Positions 6,992-15,135 of a stretch of 22,454 bases of DNA are shown here, piece by piece. Positions within the stretch are counted from its first letter, which is position 1. Each line of letters starts with the position of its first letter. Below the pieces are notes generated by a model. That model had not been told where the DNA came from and ran no database searches. It was given only the letters and a program-made list of their open reading frames with translations. This stretch comes from Candidatus Heimdallarchaeota archaeon (GTDB taxonomy: Archaea; Asgardarchaeota; Heimdallarchaeia; Heimdallarchaeales; Heimdallarchaeaceae). The position numbers were made by a program, and so were the translations under genes. The stretch spans positions 1 to 22,454 of the forward strand of contig JAEOSZ010000042.1 of the NCBI GenBank assembly GCA_016840095.1, read 5' to 3'.

Positions 6992-8560
6992 TTATGTAGA
7001 TTCGTATTCTTTTTCCTTTACTCCTTTAGGGGGGTCAGGTAGACCTTTAATATCTGTTAGCATTTTCTCTGTTTCAACCTTTTTGTAAAAAGATTTAGAA
7101 AGCTTGATTTTCTTCAAAGTTTTCTCTATCTCTTCTGTAGATTTTCTCTGATATTCTCCCCAATCTTTGGAATAAATCCCTTGTTTCTTTGCAATATCTA
7201 CTTCGAAATCATTTAGAATTTGTTTAGTATTCATTATAGACATCTTGTTAACAATATAAACACAATTATCTATTATCTTCCAAATTTGAACTCGTATTTT
7301 ATTGCTTAATGTTTCCTTATCTACATTCTGCACTAAGGTGTCTGTTAAATTCGATATTGTGTCTTTCAACGCTCTTAAGGTTTGTTCATCTAGATATTCT
7401 GGTATATTTGAAGCAATTAGATTAGTTTCAGAAAGAGTTCTGGTAAGCTGTCCTTCTAAGAGAGCTGTGCTTTTTGAGAATTTTCTGACTTCGAATCTTT
7501 TGGTAAGACTTTGGAGAGCTTTTGTTGAACTCTTAACATTAATCTCAGTTTCATTATGGAAGTAAGAAAGTATTTTTTTATTTACTGAAATGCTTTCTTT
7601 AACAAATTTGTCTGAATATTTCTGTTTTGCTAGTTCATCTAATGCTTTCTCAACAAAACCTAGAGTATCACCATTCGAACTATCCAATTTCATGAGAAAA
7701 TATGCTAATTCAAGTTGTGTATAATAGGGGGCAGTTTCAATTTCTTTCTTAAGTAATTTCTCTATTTCTTTTCTTACTTCTTCATCAATCTGATTAAGTG
7801 CATCAGAAGTATCAAGTAAATGTAAAAATCTAAGTAAGTTGGTTAAGCTTAATTCCTCTGAAACTTTCTTATCAGTCAGAATTTCAAGAATAATTTCACT
7901 CACCATTATACTACTGGATAAATTCTTTGAACCAAGAATTGACCATAAGTCAGACATCATAGCTAGCCTGTTCATCTGATCTTCATCTTCCTCGAAATGT
8001 CTCAAGAATCTTTCCACTAAGAGTATTTCGTGGGAGTAAGTTTGTCTAAATGGTTCATAATTGTTTAAAGTTTGTTTAAGGTTTGGAGAGTAATGGCCAT
8101 CTGCGATATACTCATCTATTTTTTTCTCAGCTTTTTTATCACCAGTGAGGTAGTTTTCAAAAAGCTTTTCACTCAACTCCATTGGAACTTCTGAACCAGA
8201 AATTTGTGATTCATAGAGAATATTGGTTGAAAGTTTGACTATTAGTCCTTCAAGTCTATCTATCTTCTCAATAATAACATCATGATCCTTTGATAATTTC
8301 TGAACACCTTTAAGTATCATTATGTCAATTTCTTTATCTTGAACTCCATAAGGACCAAGTTCTTTCTTGAGAATCTCTCGAAATTCTTCTAAACTGTCTG
8401 CTGAGACAAGTTCTTTTTCGATATTCCTCTTGTGTTCTTTCTTAAATTTGGCCTTTATTCGTTTGTAAAGAAACTCTCCCGCAGCTTGCCCTCCCATACG
8501 TTTAACAATTTCAATGAGAACCCCTGCGATGAAAGTACCGATGGTTAAAGAAACAATCAT
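6992..8560 (-). CDS. Hypothetical all-alpha protein (about 522 aa) with a hydrophobic N-terminal helix
   Basis: Long ORF with host-like composition and no recognised motifs. Start is either ATG 8560 or TTG 8569. Confidence 0.75.
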   Translation of the reverse strand: MIVSLTIGTFIAGVLIEIVKRMGGQAAGEFLYKRIKAKFKKEHKRNIEKELVSADSLEEFREILKKELGPYGVQDKEIDIMILKGVQKLSKDHDVIIEKIDRLEGLIVKLSTNILYESQISGSEVPMELSEKLFENYLTGDKKAEKKIDEYIADGHYSPNLKQTLNNYEPFRQTYSHEILLVERFLRHFEEDEDQMNRLAMMSDLWSILGSKNLSSSIMVSEIILEILTDKKVSEELSLTNLLRFLHLLDTSDALNQIDEEVRKEIEKLLKKEIETAPYYTQLELAYFLMKLDSSNGDTLGFVEKALDELAKQKYSDKFVKESISVNKKILSYFHNETEINVKSSTKALQSLTKRFEVRKFSKSTALLEGQLTRTLSETNLIASNIPEYLDEQTLRALKDTISNLTDTLVQNVDKETLSNKIRVQIWKIIDNCVYIVNKMSIMNTKQILNDFEVDIAKKQGIYSKDWGEYQRKSTEEIEKTLKKIKLSKSFYKKVETEKMLTDIKGLPDPPKGVKEKEYEST

Positions 8561-8599
8561 ATTTTCCAATTATATCTCGTGTTTTATGATATATATTTC

Positions 8600-8627
8600 T
8601 GTTTAAAGTGCTAATAGAAAAATAGAA
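8600..8627 (+). repeat. Imperfect direct repeat, copy 1 (TGTTTAAAGTGC-taatagaaaaatagaa)
   Basis: First 12 bp identical to 9545-9556, followed by a similar A-rich tail. Confidence 0.55.
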
Positions 8628-8634
8628 GAAAAAC

Positions 8635-8662
8635 TTGTTCTGCTCTTTTGTAGAGAGAACAA
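8635..8662 (-). terminator. Hairpin + T-tract terminator of the flavoprotein gene
   Basis: TTGTTCT(G)CTCT-tttgt-AGAGAGAACAA, an 11-bp stem with one bulge, followed on the minus strand by GTTTTTCTT. Confidence 0.6.
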
Positions 8663-8669
8663 AAAATTT

Positions 8670-9425
8670 CTATACCATTCCAATACGTATAAGAAAACCA
8701 AATAGGCCATTAAACAATTTCAAAGTAAACTTCTGACCAAATGAGAGTTTCATATCGACAAAGAATTTCTTCTTAGAATAATATCTATAATCAGCTAAAG
8801 ATTCATCAGCCTCTCCTTTATATACTGCTTTAAATGCCGAAAACCAAACTAGATGGCCAAAAGAGGGCTTATAATTAAATGGCTTTTTCATTTTATTTGC
8901 AAATTTTGTTGCTTCTTTTTCTAATTTCTTAGATTGTTTTTCTCTTTTCTTATCATTCATACCGGGAGAGTTCATGATACCAATTCTACCAATAACTTTC
9001 CCACCTGAAGCCATAAGTGACAAGGCATTTGATGCTTGTTTAATCCCTCTATAACTACCACTTGTAATAAGAATCAAAAAACGTTGATGAAAGTACCGAG
9101 GTCTATGCATCAAATATGAATAGCGGTCAATATAATTTTTCATCCGCCAATTAACATTCATCGTATGATTAGGACTTGCTAATATTACTCCATCAGCAGA
9201 TTCAATTTTATTAACAATAACATCGTGATCATCCTTCAAAGGACAAAATTCTTCTCCCTTTGTTAAACATATATGACAACCTCTACAACCTTCCAAATTG
9301 ATCTTATTTAGAAATAAATACTCATATTCACAATCGTAATGCTGCTTATGAATTCTTTCAATTTCCTTTATTGCATTGTATGTGTTTTTTCTTCGTGGGC
9401 TACTAATTATTGCTAGTATTTTCAT
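8670..9425 (-). CDS. Flavodoxin-fold NAD(P)H-dependent FMN reductase / iron-sulfur flavoprotein family
   Basis: MKILAIISSPRRKNT FMN loop, CRGCHIC-x6-CPLKDD cysteine cluster, ADGVILASP and MKNYIDR. Confidence 0.88.
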   Translation of the reverse strand: MKILAIISSPRRKNTYNAIKEIERIHKQHYDCEYEYLFLNKINLEGCRGCHICLTKGEEFCPLKDDHDVIVNKIESADGVILASPNHTMNVNWRMKNYIDRYSYLMHRPRYFHQRFLILITSGSYRGIKQASNALSLMASGGKVIGRIGIMNSPGMNDKKREKQSKKLEKEATKFANKMKKPFNYKPSFGHLVWFSAFKAVYKGEADESLADYRYYSKKKFFVDMKLSFGQKFTLKLFNGLFGFLIRIGMV

Positions 9426-9471
9426 GATTTATTCGAAAAAGGGTTATTGTCCAGATAAAAAAAGTTTATTG

Positions 9472-9501
9472 TCAGTTTTGAAATATAACTTTCAAGACTG
9501 A
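9472..9501. promoter_or_regulatory. 12-bp inverted repeat upstream of the flavoprotein promoter
   Basis: TCAGTTTTGAAA-tataac-TTTCAAGACTGA (1 mismatch). Confidence 0.55.
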
Positions 9502-9544
9502 TTGTCTGAATAAACTATAGAGAAAGAAATAGGATTTACATTAT

Positions 9545-9571
9545 TGTTTAAAGTGCAAATGAAAAAAAGAA
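9545..9571 (+). repeat. Imperfect direct repeat, copy 2 (TGTTTAAAGTGC-aaatgaaaaaaagaa)
   Basis: Matches 8600-8627. Confidence 0.55.
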
Positions 9572-9584
9572 TAAAGAATTGGAA

Positions 9585-10655
9585 TTATCCAATTTCAATT
9601 TGTTTTCTATATGCTTTTTCGGTATAAGTGAAACCATGTATTTCTAATTTGACTATTTTATCTAGTTCTGCTATCATTCCTATGATACTAAGTACTGCAA
9701 AGACTATTACTAGAGATTTTATAATAAGTGGAATGTTAGCATCTACGAACTTATTTTGTAATGCTACTTGGATAAGATCTGGATTGAAATGTAGTCTTAA
9801 GAGCAAAGCGAGATTAAGACTTGATGGAATGATATGCAAAGCAACAAACATTTGTTGTAACCTTAATCGTTTTCCAACTAATGCTTGAGCGAATCTAATG
9901 ATACCACCAATTATCATAGCACCACCAGCTAGTTTCAGCCATTCAGCAAATCCTATCATGTAAGTTGCCATGAAAGGTTCATTTATTGTAGCAAATGGAT
10001 AGAAAATTAATACTCCTCCGATAACAAAACCAACAATAGCTTCAAAGAGATAGCTACCTGATGTTGGTAAGACTGCCTTAGGTTTCTTTTCTCTTTTTCT
10101 TCTGGTTCTTCTAGTTCTTGGTTCCTTAACAGGTTGTAATTTATCTTCATCTACCAGTCGTTTGAAATCTTCAGGTAAGAATCCTTGATAAGATAATTGA
10201 ACAAATAGTATTGTTATACCAGCAAATGCAAATGCAAAGCCTACAAATATCTCCCAGAAAGCATTACCGACAATAGTTACTGTGTCACCTTTTCCTAGTT
10301 TGAATGCCATAGTAATCATATTAACTAAGATTGATACTACTCCTGCAAAAATCAGAGATCTGTAGTACCATGGCCAAAGCTCTTCTGTAATAAAGAACTT
10401 AGGAGTTCCTCTTGTTCTAAATTCTTTGGCAATTTTTCTTGGAGATCCCATCTGAACTATGGCTTCTCTTACGTGCATAAGCTTAGGATCTGCTCCATCA
10501 GCTAGTTCTGAAGCTTTATCCCAGATATGATCTTCCAATTCATCTAGGAAGTCTTTAAGTTCTGATTCCTTAGTTTTTAACCAAATAGGTAATTTTTTCT
10601 TTACCTCTTTCTTAAAAGCGTCAATCATTTCTCTTGATTCAATGTTTATATTCAT
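9585..10655 (-). CDS. PadR-associated membrane protein with an N-terminal HAAS-type signalling domain
   Basis: ELEDHIWD...MGSPRKIAKEF (HAAS-like E..H / GSP..IA motif) followed by about 6 TM helices. The ATG at 10655 has a GAGGT SD and lies 10 nt after the PadR stop. Confidence 0.78.
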   Translation of the reverse strand: MNINIESREMIDAFKKEVKKKLPIWLKTKESELKDFLDELEDHIWDKASELADGADPKLMHVREAIVQMGSPRKIAKEFRTRGTPKFFITEELWPWYYRSLIFAGVVSILVNMITMAFKLGKGDTVTIVGNAFWEIFVGFAFAFAGITILFVQLSYQGFLPEDFKRLVDEDKLQPVKEPRTRRTRRKREKKPKAVLPTSGSYLFEAIVGFVIGGVLIFYPFATINEPFMATYMIGFAEWLKLAGGAMIIGGIIRFAQALVGKRLRLQQMFVALHIIPSSLNLALLLRLHFNPDLIQVALQNKFVDANIPLIIKSLVIVFAVLSIIGMIAELDKIVKLEIHGFTYTEKAYRKQIEIG

Positions 10656-10665
10656 CTTTTTAACC

Positions 10666-11187
10666 TCATTTTGACAATCCTTCAATATTTAATCCACAAA
10701 TATTGCAGAATCTTACATCTTGGTCCTGTGGAATTTTATTGGTACAATTTGGACAGTATATGAACTTCTTTTCAGGAAGTTTGATCTCTATATCCATCAA
10801 TGGAGTAATTGCCTCAAGAAGTTTTGAGAAAAATCCTACCATGTGATGATATAGTTCTGTTCCTTTTTTTGTTAATTTATAGTACTTTCTAGGACGGCCA
10901 CCAGACTCTTTCCTTTCGGATACTACAAGTTCATCTCGCTCCAATTTTCTAAGGATAGGATACAAAGTTCCCTCCTCAATTATTAGAGTTCTACCAGTCT
11001 CTTGTTCAAGTTCTTTTAGTAATTGATAACCATAAATTCCCTCTTCAGGATGTCTCTGAATTATTGACAATGCAGATAGTGTGGATATCCCTCGGAGCAA
11101 TTCAGATTCAAAGCTTTCAACGTATGATTTGATTTGCTCATCCTCTATCAGAGCTCCTTCTCGATATGTTTTGATGTTTCTGAACAA
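10666..11187 (-). CDS. PadR family transcriptional regulator with a C-terminal zinc ribbon
   Basis: ELLRG, YGYQLLKEL, EGTLYPILRKLE and RPRKYYKLT.KG; C-terminal CPNC-x11-CNIC; TTG start with an AAGGTG SD. Confidence 0.92.
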   Translation of the reverse strand: MFRNIKTYREGALIEDEQIKSYVESFESELLRGISTLSALSIIQRHPEEGIYGYQLLKELEQETGRTLIIEEGTLYPILRKLERDELVVSERKESGGRPRKYYKLTKKGTELYHHMVGFFSKLLEAITPLMDIEIKLPEKKFIYCPNCTNKIPQDQDVRFCNICGLNIEGLSK

Positions 11188-11212
11188 GTTTTTACACCTT
11201 TTTCAATGTTTT

Positions 11213-11275
11213 TTAGTATTTCTGTTATACTAACAAACAGATACTATAACACGTATAGTATTGGACATATATAAA
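11213..11275 (-). promoter_or_regulatory. PadR operon promoter: TATA (TTTATATA, 11275-11268) and two palindromic operators
   Basis: ATACTATA-N5-TATAGTAT (11241-11261) and TTAGTAT-N7-ATACTAA (11213-11233). Confidence 0.7.
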
Positions 11276-11370
11276 CATTTTCAATTGAGCTCGAAATGAA
11301 AATTACATCATAAAATAGAGTTAAAAAGCCAGATAGTAACCTCTCAATGTAACCTTGATAGGTGTATAGA

Positions 11371-12267
11371 ATGACAGATGATGATCAAGATAAGAAAATT
11401 GAAGAGTTGGTAAAGCAAGGAACAGAGCATTATGATAAATATGCGTTTGAAAAGTCTTTAAGTTGTTTTCAAGAAGTACTAAGGATTGATCCAAAACATG
11501 TAGATTCATATAGAGCTATTGCAAACATCCATCGTTCTCTAGGACAAATTCCAGAAGCCATAGAATCTTGTCAAAAAGCTCTTGATATCGATCCAAATGA
11601 TGTTGTTGCCTTGTTACTTCAAGGAAATTATCACTTCGAATTAGATGACATAGAGAATTCTTTTCGATGTTATCATCAAGCAGCTGAAATAGCTCCTGAC
11701 AATACTGATGTGTGGTTCAATCTCGGCAATTTACATAAATCTCAGAAAGAATATGAAGATGCTTTGAGAGCTTTTCAGAAAGGTGAGTCATTAGATTCTT
11801 CAGATTTAGGCTTGTTAATAATGTTTGCAGACTTATTTGAAGAATTAACAAAGATTGATGAAGCTATGGAATATTATTACAAAATTGTAAAACTAAGTCC
11901 AGATGCCTATTCAATTTGGATTAGATTGGCTGAATTGCATTTCGATAGAGAGGAGTATGAAGATGCTGTAAAGTGCCAATTAAAAACACTTGAACTTGAT
12001 CCTCAAGATTACATTACTATGAATAACTTAGGCTATACAAAGCTTAAACAAGGAAAACTAGATGAATCTTTCGAACACTTAGGTAAAGCAATAGAGATAG
12101 GTCCAGAATATGCAAATTCTTGGGATAGTTTAGGTGAAGCTTTCGAAATAAAGGGGGATTTGGACAAAGCTCTAGAACATTATACTAAAGCTGTAGAGTT
12201 AGATCCATCTGTAGAATTACACAAAGAAAATCTTTCTAGAGTAAAAGAGAAAATGGAAAAGAAATGA
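11371..12267 (+). CDS. Tetratricopeptide repeat protein (about 8 TPRs)
   Basis: Recurrent 34-aa units (W.NLG...A...F.KAL.LDP). ATG at 11371 follows an AGGTG SD; the track's GTG lies inside that SD. Confidence 0.92.
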   Translation: MTDDDQDKKIEELVKQGTEHYDKYAFEKSLSCFQEVLRIDPKHVDSYRAIANIHRSLGQIPEAIESCQKALDIDPNDVVALLLQGNYHFELDDIENSFRCYHQAAEIAPDNTDVWFNLGNLHKSQKEYEDALRAFQKGESLDSSDLGLLIMFADLFEELTKIDEAMEYYYKIVKLSPDAYSIWIRLAELHFDREEYEDAVKCQLKTLELDPQDYITMNNLGYTKLKQGKLDESFEHLGKAIEIGPEYANSWDSLGEAFEIKGDLDKALEHYTKAVELDPSVELHKENLSRVKEKMEKK

Positions 12268-12276
12268 ATTCTGAAA

Positions 12277-12924
12277 TTAATGATAACACAAAGACCAATT
12301 ATCTTGGAAAATGTCAATCATAGTCATTATTTCGTTATATCCTACTGTTGAAAAGAAAGGTTTTGGACACACTTGATCTCCTTTATAACTGACATCGAAA
12401 TGAATATGAGCACTCTCCTGAACATAGAGAAATCGTGCAATTTCCTGTCCTAGTTCTACCCAGTCTCCTTCTGCAACCTGTAACATTGCTAACTGTTTAT
12501 CTTTATCTGCAGGATTTTGAGTCCAAGGTTCAAAGTTATACCAAAGAGTTATTGTCTTGTTGTATCTGATTTGAATACCTACATAGTATCTATTTTCTAT
12601 CCCTTCACCATTATCTTTCCACCTAATTTCCACAACTTTTCCTGGTGCAGCAGCTATCACTTGTGAGTTATTTAGAAGGAAATAATCCAGTCCATTATGA
12701 ATAAATCCCCATGGACAACTAATTGTCTCGCTGTACCCTTCATTAAATCCATAGTTATCTGAACGATTCCCATAAATTACTGTCATGAAATTAAGATTAG
12801 TAGAATCATATCGCTCTCCAGCATCAAAAAATAGACTGTCCCACATGTATACTAGAAAAAGAGTACCTACAGCTATGATTGCAATAAGTAAAATCACTAG
12901 AAGTATTTTGACAGCTTTATGCAT
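12277..12924 (-). CDS. Membrane-anchored M23-family metallopeptidase-like protein
   Basis: N-terminal TM helix; HNGLDY (HxxxD), VIAAAPGKV, V.EGDWVELGQEIA and AHIHFDV (HxH). Confidence 0.78.
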   Translation of the reverse strand: MHKAVKILLVILLIAIIAVGTLFLVYMWDSLFFDAGERYDSTNLNFMTVIYGNRSDNYGFNEGYSETISCPWGFIHNGLDYFLLNNSQVIAAAPGKVVEIRWKDNGEGIENRYYVGIQIRYNKTITLWYNFEPWTQNPADKDKQLAMLQVAEGDWVELGQEIARFLYVQESAHIHFDVSYKGDQVCPKPFFSTVGYNEIMTMIDIFQDNWSLCYH

Positions 12925-12986
12925 GATTATATATGCATACTAAGAGCATAAAAGTTTTTGTTGGAAGAAAAGAAAAAAATGAGCAA

Positions 12987-13868
12987 TCAGAGTTCTTTCT
13001 CAAACATTGAAGATTTACTCTCTTGCTTGAATCCCATACCTTCGTAATCCTTTAGTTTCTCCATCATTCCACCAAACAAGAATGATTTTAGTTCAAAGAC
13101 TTCTTTTTCTTTACATTCATTTACAATCTTTGAAACTAATTCTTCTCTAAATTTATCCTCTGTGGCATAGATGTATCCAACATAAGCTACATTTAGCTCG
13201 GGATCAATTTGTGCATAAGTTCTAGCTGTAATTTTGTTGTCTTTTCTAATAACAAAGTGACCAAGAATGTTTTCTGCTGTATCAATTACTTCGAAGTTTT
13301 GAATGGCTTGTTCTTCAGTCATTCCTAGTTCTTTAACGAATATTGCTACAAGTTCATCAAGATCTCTTTCCTTATCGTAAAGTAAAACATCTTCCTTAAC
13401 TTCAGTAGTACTGATATTGTCTAATTTTTGAGATACCAGATAAGCTGTATCCCGTTTAAATTCAAATCCATGTTTCTCAGGTACTTTTGCGCTTTCTCCC
13501 CAGGAGTCATTTGCAAAGAATCTGATAATCTCTGCACCTTTAATCTGTAAAATTTTTACTCCTTCTGAAAGCAAAAGACCAAATGCTTCTTCGTGTCCTT
13601 CTAATACTAAAGGTGGACTAAGAGTAGCGATTGTTTTTCCTTCTTCTTTCTCTGGAATTACCCTAGATGTTAGAAATCCTACCATCTCTTCTCCCTTAAA
13701 GCAGTATAATCTAGTTTCTGGATCAAAATCTGGTTGTGAATAAGCTTCCTTGAGTCTATCAACAGGTGTTTGACCAAATAGCAACCAATTCTTACTTACT
13801 TCAGTACCTATTCTAACTTGATCTTCAATAAATTTTTCTTGATAAGTTTTGATAACGTAATCTGACAT
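12987..13868 (-). CDS. Tandem GNAT-fold acetyltransferase-like protein
   Basis: Two GNAT-like halves (GEEMVGFL...KHGFE; ITARTY...YEGMGFK). Probable ATG at 13868 lies 22 nt after TTTATATAA (13899-13891), suggesting a leaderless mRNA. Confidence 0.65.
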   Translation of the reverse strand: MSDYVIKTYQEKFIEDQVRIGTEVSKNWLLFGQTPVDRLKEAYSQPDFDPETRLYCFKGEEMVGFLTSRVIPEKEEGKTIATLSPPLVLEGHEEAFGLLLSEGVKILQIKGAEIIRFFANDSWGESAKVPEKHGFEFKRDTAYLVSQKLDNISTTEVKEDVLLYDKERDLDELVAIFVKELGMTEEQAIQNFEVIDTAENILGHFVIRKDNKITARTYAQIDPELNVAYVGYIYATEDKFREELVSKIVNECKEKEVFELKSFLFGGMMEKLKDYEGMGFKQESKSSMFEKEL

Positions 13869-13997
13869 AACAGAAAAGAAGTAAAAACTGTTATATAAAT
13901 TTGCTTTATTACCAAATATCGGGTAACCCTGTGTGAATTTTGGTAACACACTGGAACTTAAATATTTAGCGCTTTTGCGGGAATATTAGGTGTTATT

Positions 13998-14531
13998 ATG
14001 GACATTAAAGAATTTTTTTCAAATATTTGGAATAAAAAAGATGCCGCACTTTGGTTAGTATTTCTACGGATTATTGTTGGTTTTGAGTGGTTTTTTGCTG
14101 GTCTGACCAAAATAATTCAAACAGCACCAAGCTTTCCAGAAGGAATGGCTGGGACATTAGGTTTCTTTTCAACAGGTGCTCCAACTTGGATGAGCAATTG
14201 GCTTACAGCTATGTTACCTGCTGCTACTACTTTTGGATATCTCGTAGAAATAGGAGAATTACTCATAGGTTTAGCTTTGATGTTTGGAGTTTTAGTAAAT
14301 CTTTCAGCACTAGTTGGAATTTTCTTTAACTTCTTATTCTTCTTTGCTGCAGGATGGTTAGGTGCATCAACAATTTCAATAAATTGGATACTATGGGCAA
14401 TTCAAATTATCTTTATACTAAGCCCAGGTGTCAAGAAACTAGGTGTTGACGGATGGATTGCGAAGGAATATCCTTTCTTCAGACGTTTGCTAGTAGATTG
14501 GTTCGGCTTTGAAAAAGAATTAAACAAGTAA
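13998..14531 (+). CDS. DoxX / TQO small subunit (DoxD)-like membrane protein
   Basis: FLRIIVGFEWFFAGLTKI, LVEIGELLIGLALMFG and LGVDGW; AGGTG SD. Confidence 0.85.
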   Translation: MDIKEFFSNIWNKKDAALWLVFLRIIVGFEWFFAGLTKIIQTAPSFPEGMAGTLGFFSTGAPTWMSNWLTAMLPAATTFGYLVEIGELLIGLALMFGVLVNLSALVGIFFNFLFFFAAGWLGASTISINWILWAIQIIFILSPGVKKLGVDGWIAKEYPFFRRLLVDWFGFEKELNK

Positions 14532-14535
14532 TAAA

Positions 14536-14572
14536 GTAGCTTTTCAGCTACACATTTTTTCCTTTTCTTCTT
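14536..14572 (+). terminator. Short hairpin + T-tract terminator
   Basis: GTAGCT-tttc-AGCTAC followed by TTTTTCCTTTTCTTCTT. Confidence 0.55.
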
Positions 14573-14628
14573 CCAAAAAAATATATATCACCATGCATGT
14601 TTCTATTTATCTATCAAAGGTGCAATCG

Positions 14629-15090
14629 ATGAGTGAAGATTTATCCAATTTCTTGAAGAAGCAAATTGAGCTAGAGGAGAAGATTGTCAACACAGCAGAA
14701 AATTCTGTAAAAGACATGAAAAACACTCTGATTAAGGAAATGATTCTTTCTATAGCTTTAGATTCAAAGAAACATGCAAGCATGCTTACTGCTCTTTTAT
14801 CAATGCAAAAAACAACTCAACCATTTATATCTGAAAAAAAATCTAAAGAACTACATAAAAATATCAAAGAACATATAGAGTTAGAACAAGAAGCGATCAG
14901 GACCTACAAGAATCTTCTAGAGGAGATAGAAGATGAACAAGTGAAATTGGTAGTTCAAGCTATTTATCATGAGGAAATAAGGCATCATGCTTTGCTTATG
15001 AAAATTTACGATGTTTTGATTGAGAAAGAGACTTTAGATGAGGGTGAAATGTGGGAATTTATTAAGGATGATTTCATTCCTCAGTACTAA
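14629..15090 (+). CDS. Ferritin-like (rubrerythrin-like four-helix) protein
   Basis: Paired motifs QIELEE...DSKKH and HIELEQ...EEIRHH; ATG at 14629 after an AAGGTG SD. Confidence 0.8.
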   Translation: MSEDLSNFLKKQIELEEKIVNTAENSVKDMKNTLIKEMILSIALDSKKHASMLTALLSMQKTTQPFISEKKSKELHKNIKEHIELEQEAIRTYKNLLEEIEDEQVKLVVQAIYHEEIRHHALLMKIYDVLIEKETLDEGEMWEFIKDDFIPQY

Positions 15091-15135
15091 TTCTTCCACT
15101 AACTTTTTTTATAACCAAATCATCTCTTCTTTGAT

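Noticed and set aside
8635-8662. Bulged hairpin as an integron attC site
   Set aside because: Too short, lacks RYYYAAC/GTTRRRY boxes, does not recur between genes, and no integrase is present. A terminator is the simpler explanation.
3221-11509. Small ORFs 3221..3424, 4044..4340, 4150..4359, 5895..6080, 7302..7565, 9628..9888 and 11321..11509
   Set aside because: They overlap well-supported genes antisense or out of frame.
13869-13949. N-terminal extensions given by the ORF track (also 10656-10685, 14593-14628, 16029-16106 and 18621-18647)
   Set aside because: They run through promoters or neighbouring genes; downstream ATGs fit the SD/TATA positions and family N-termini better.
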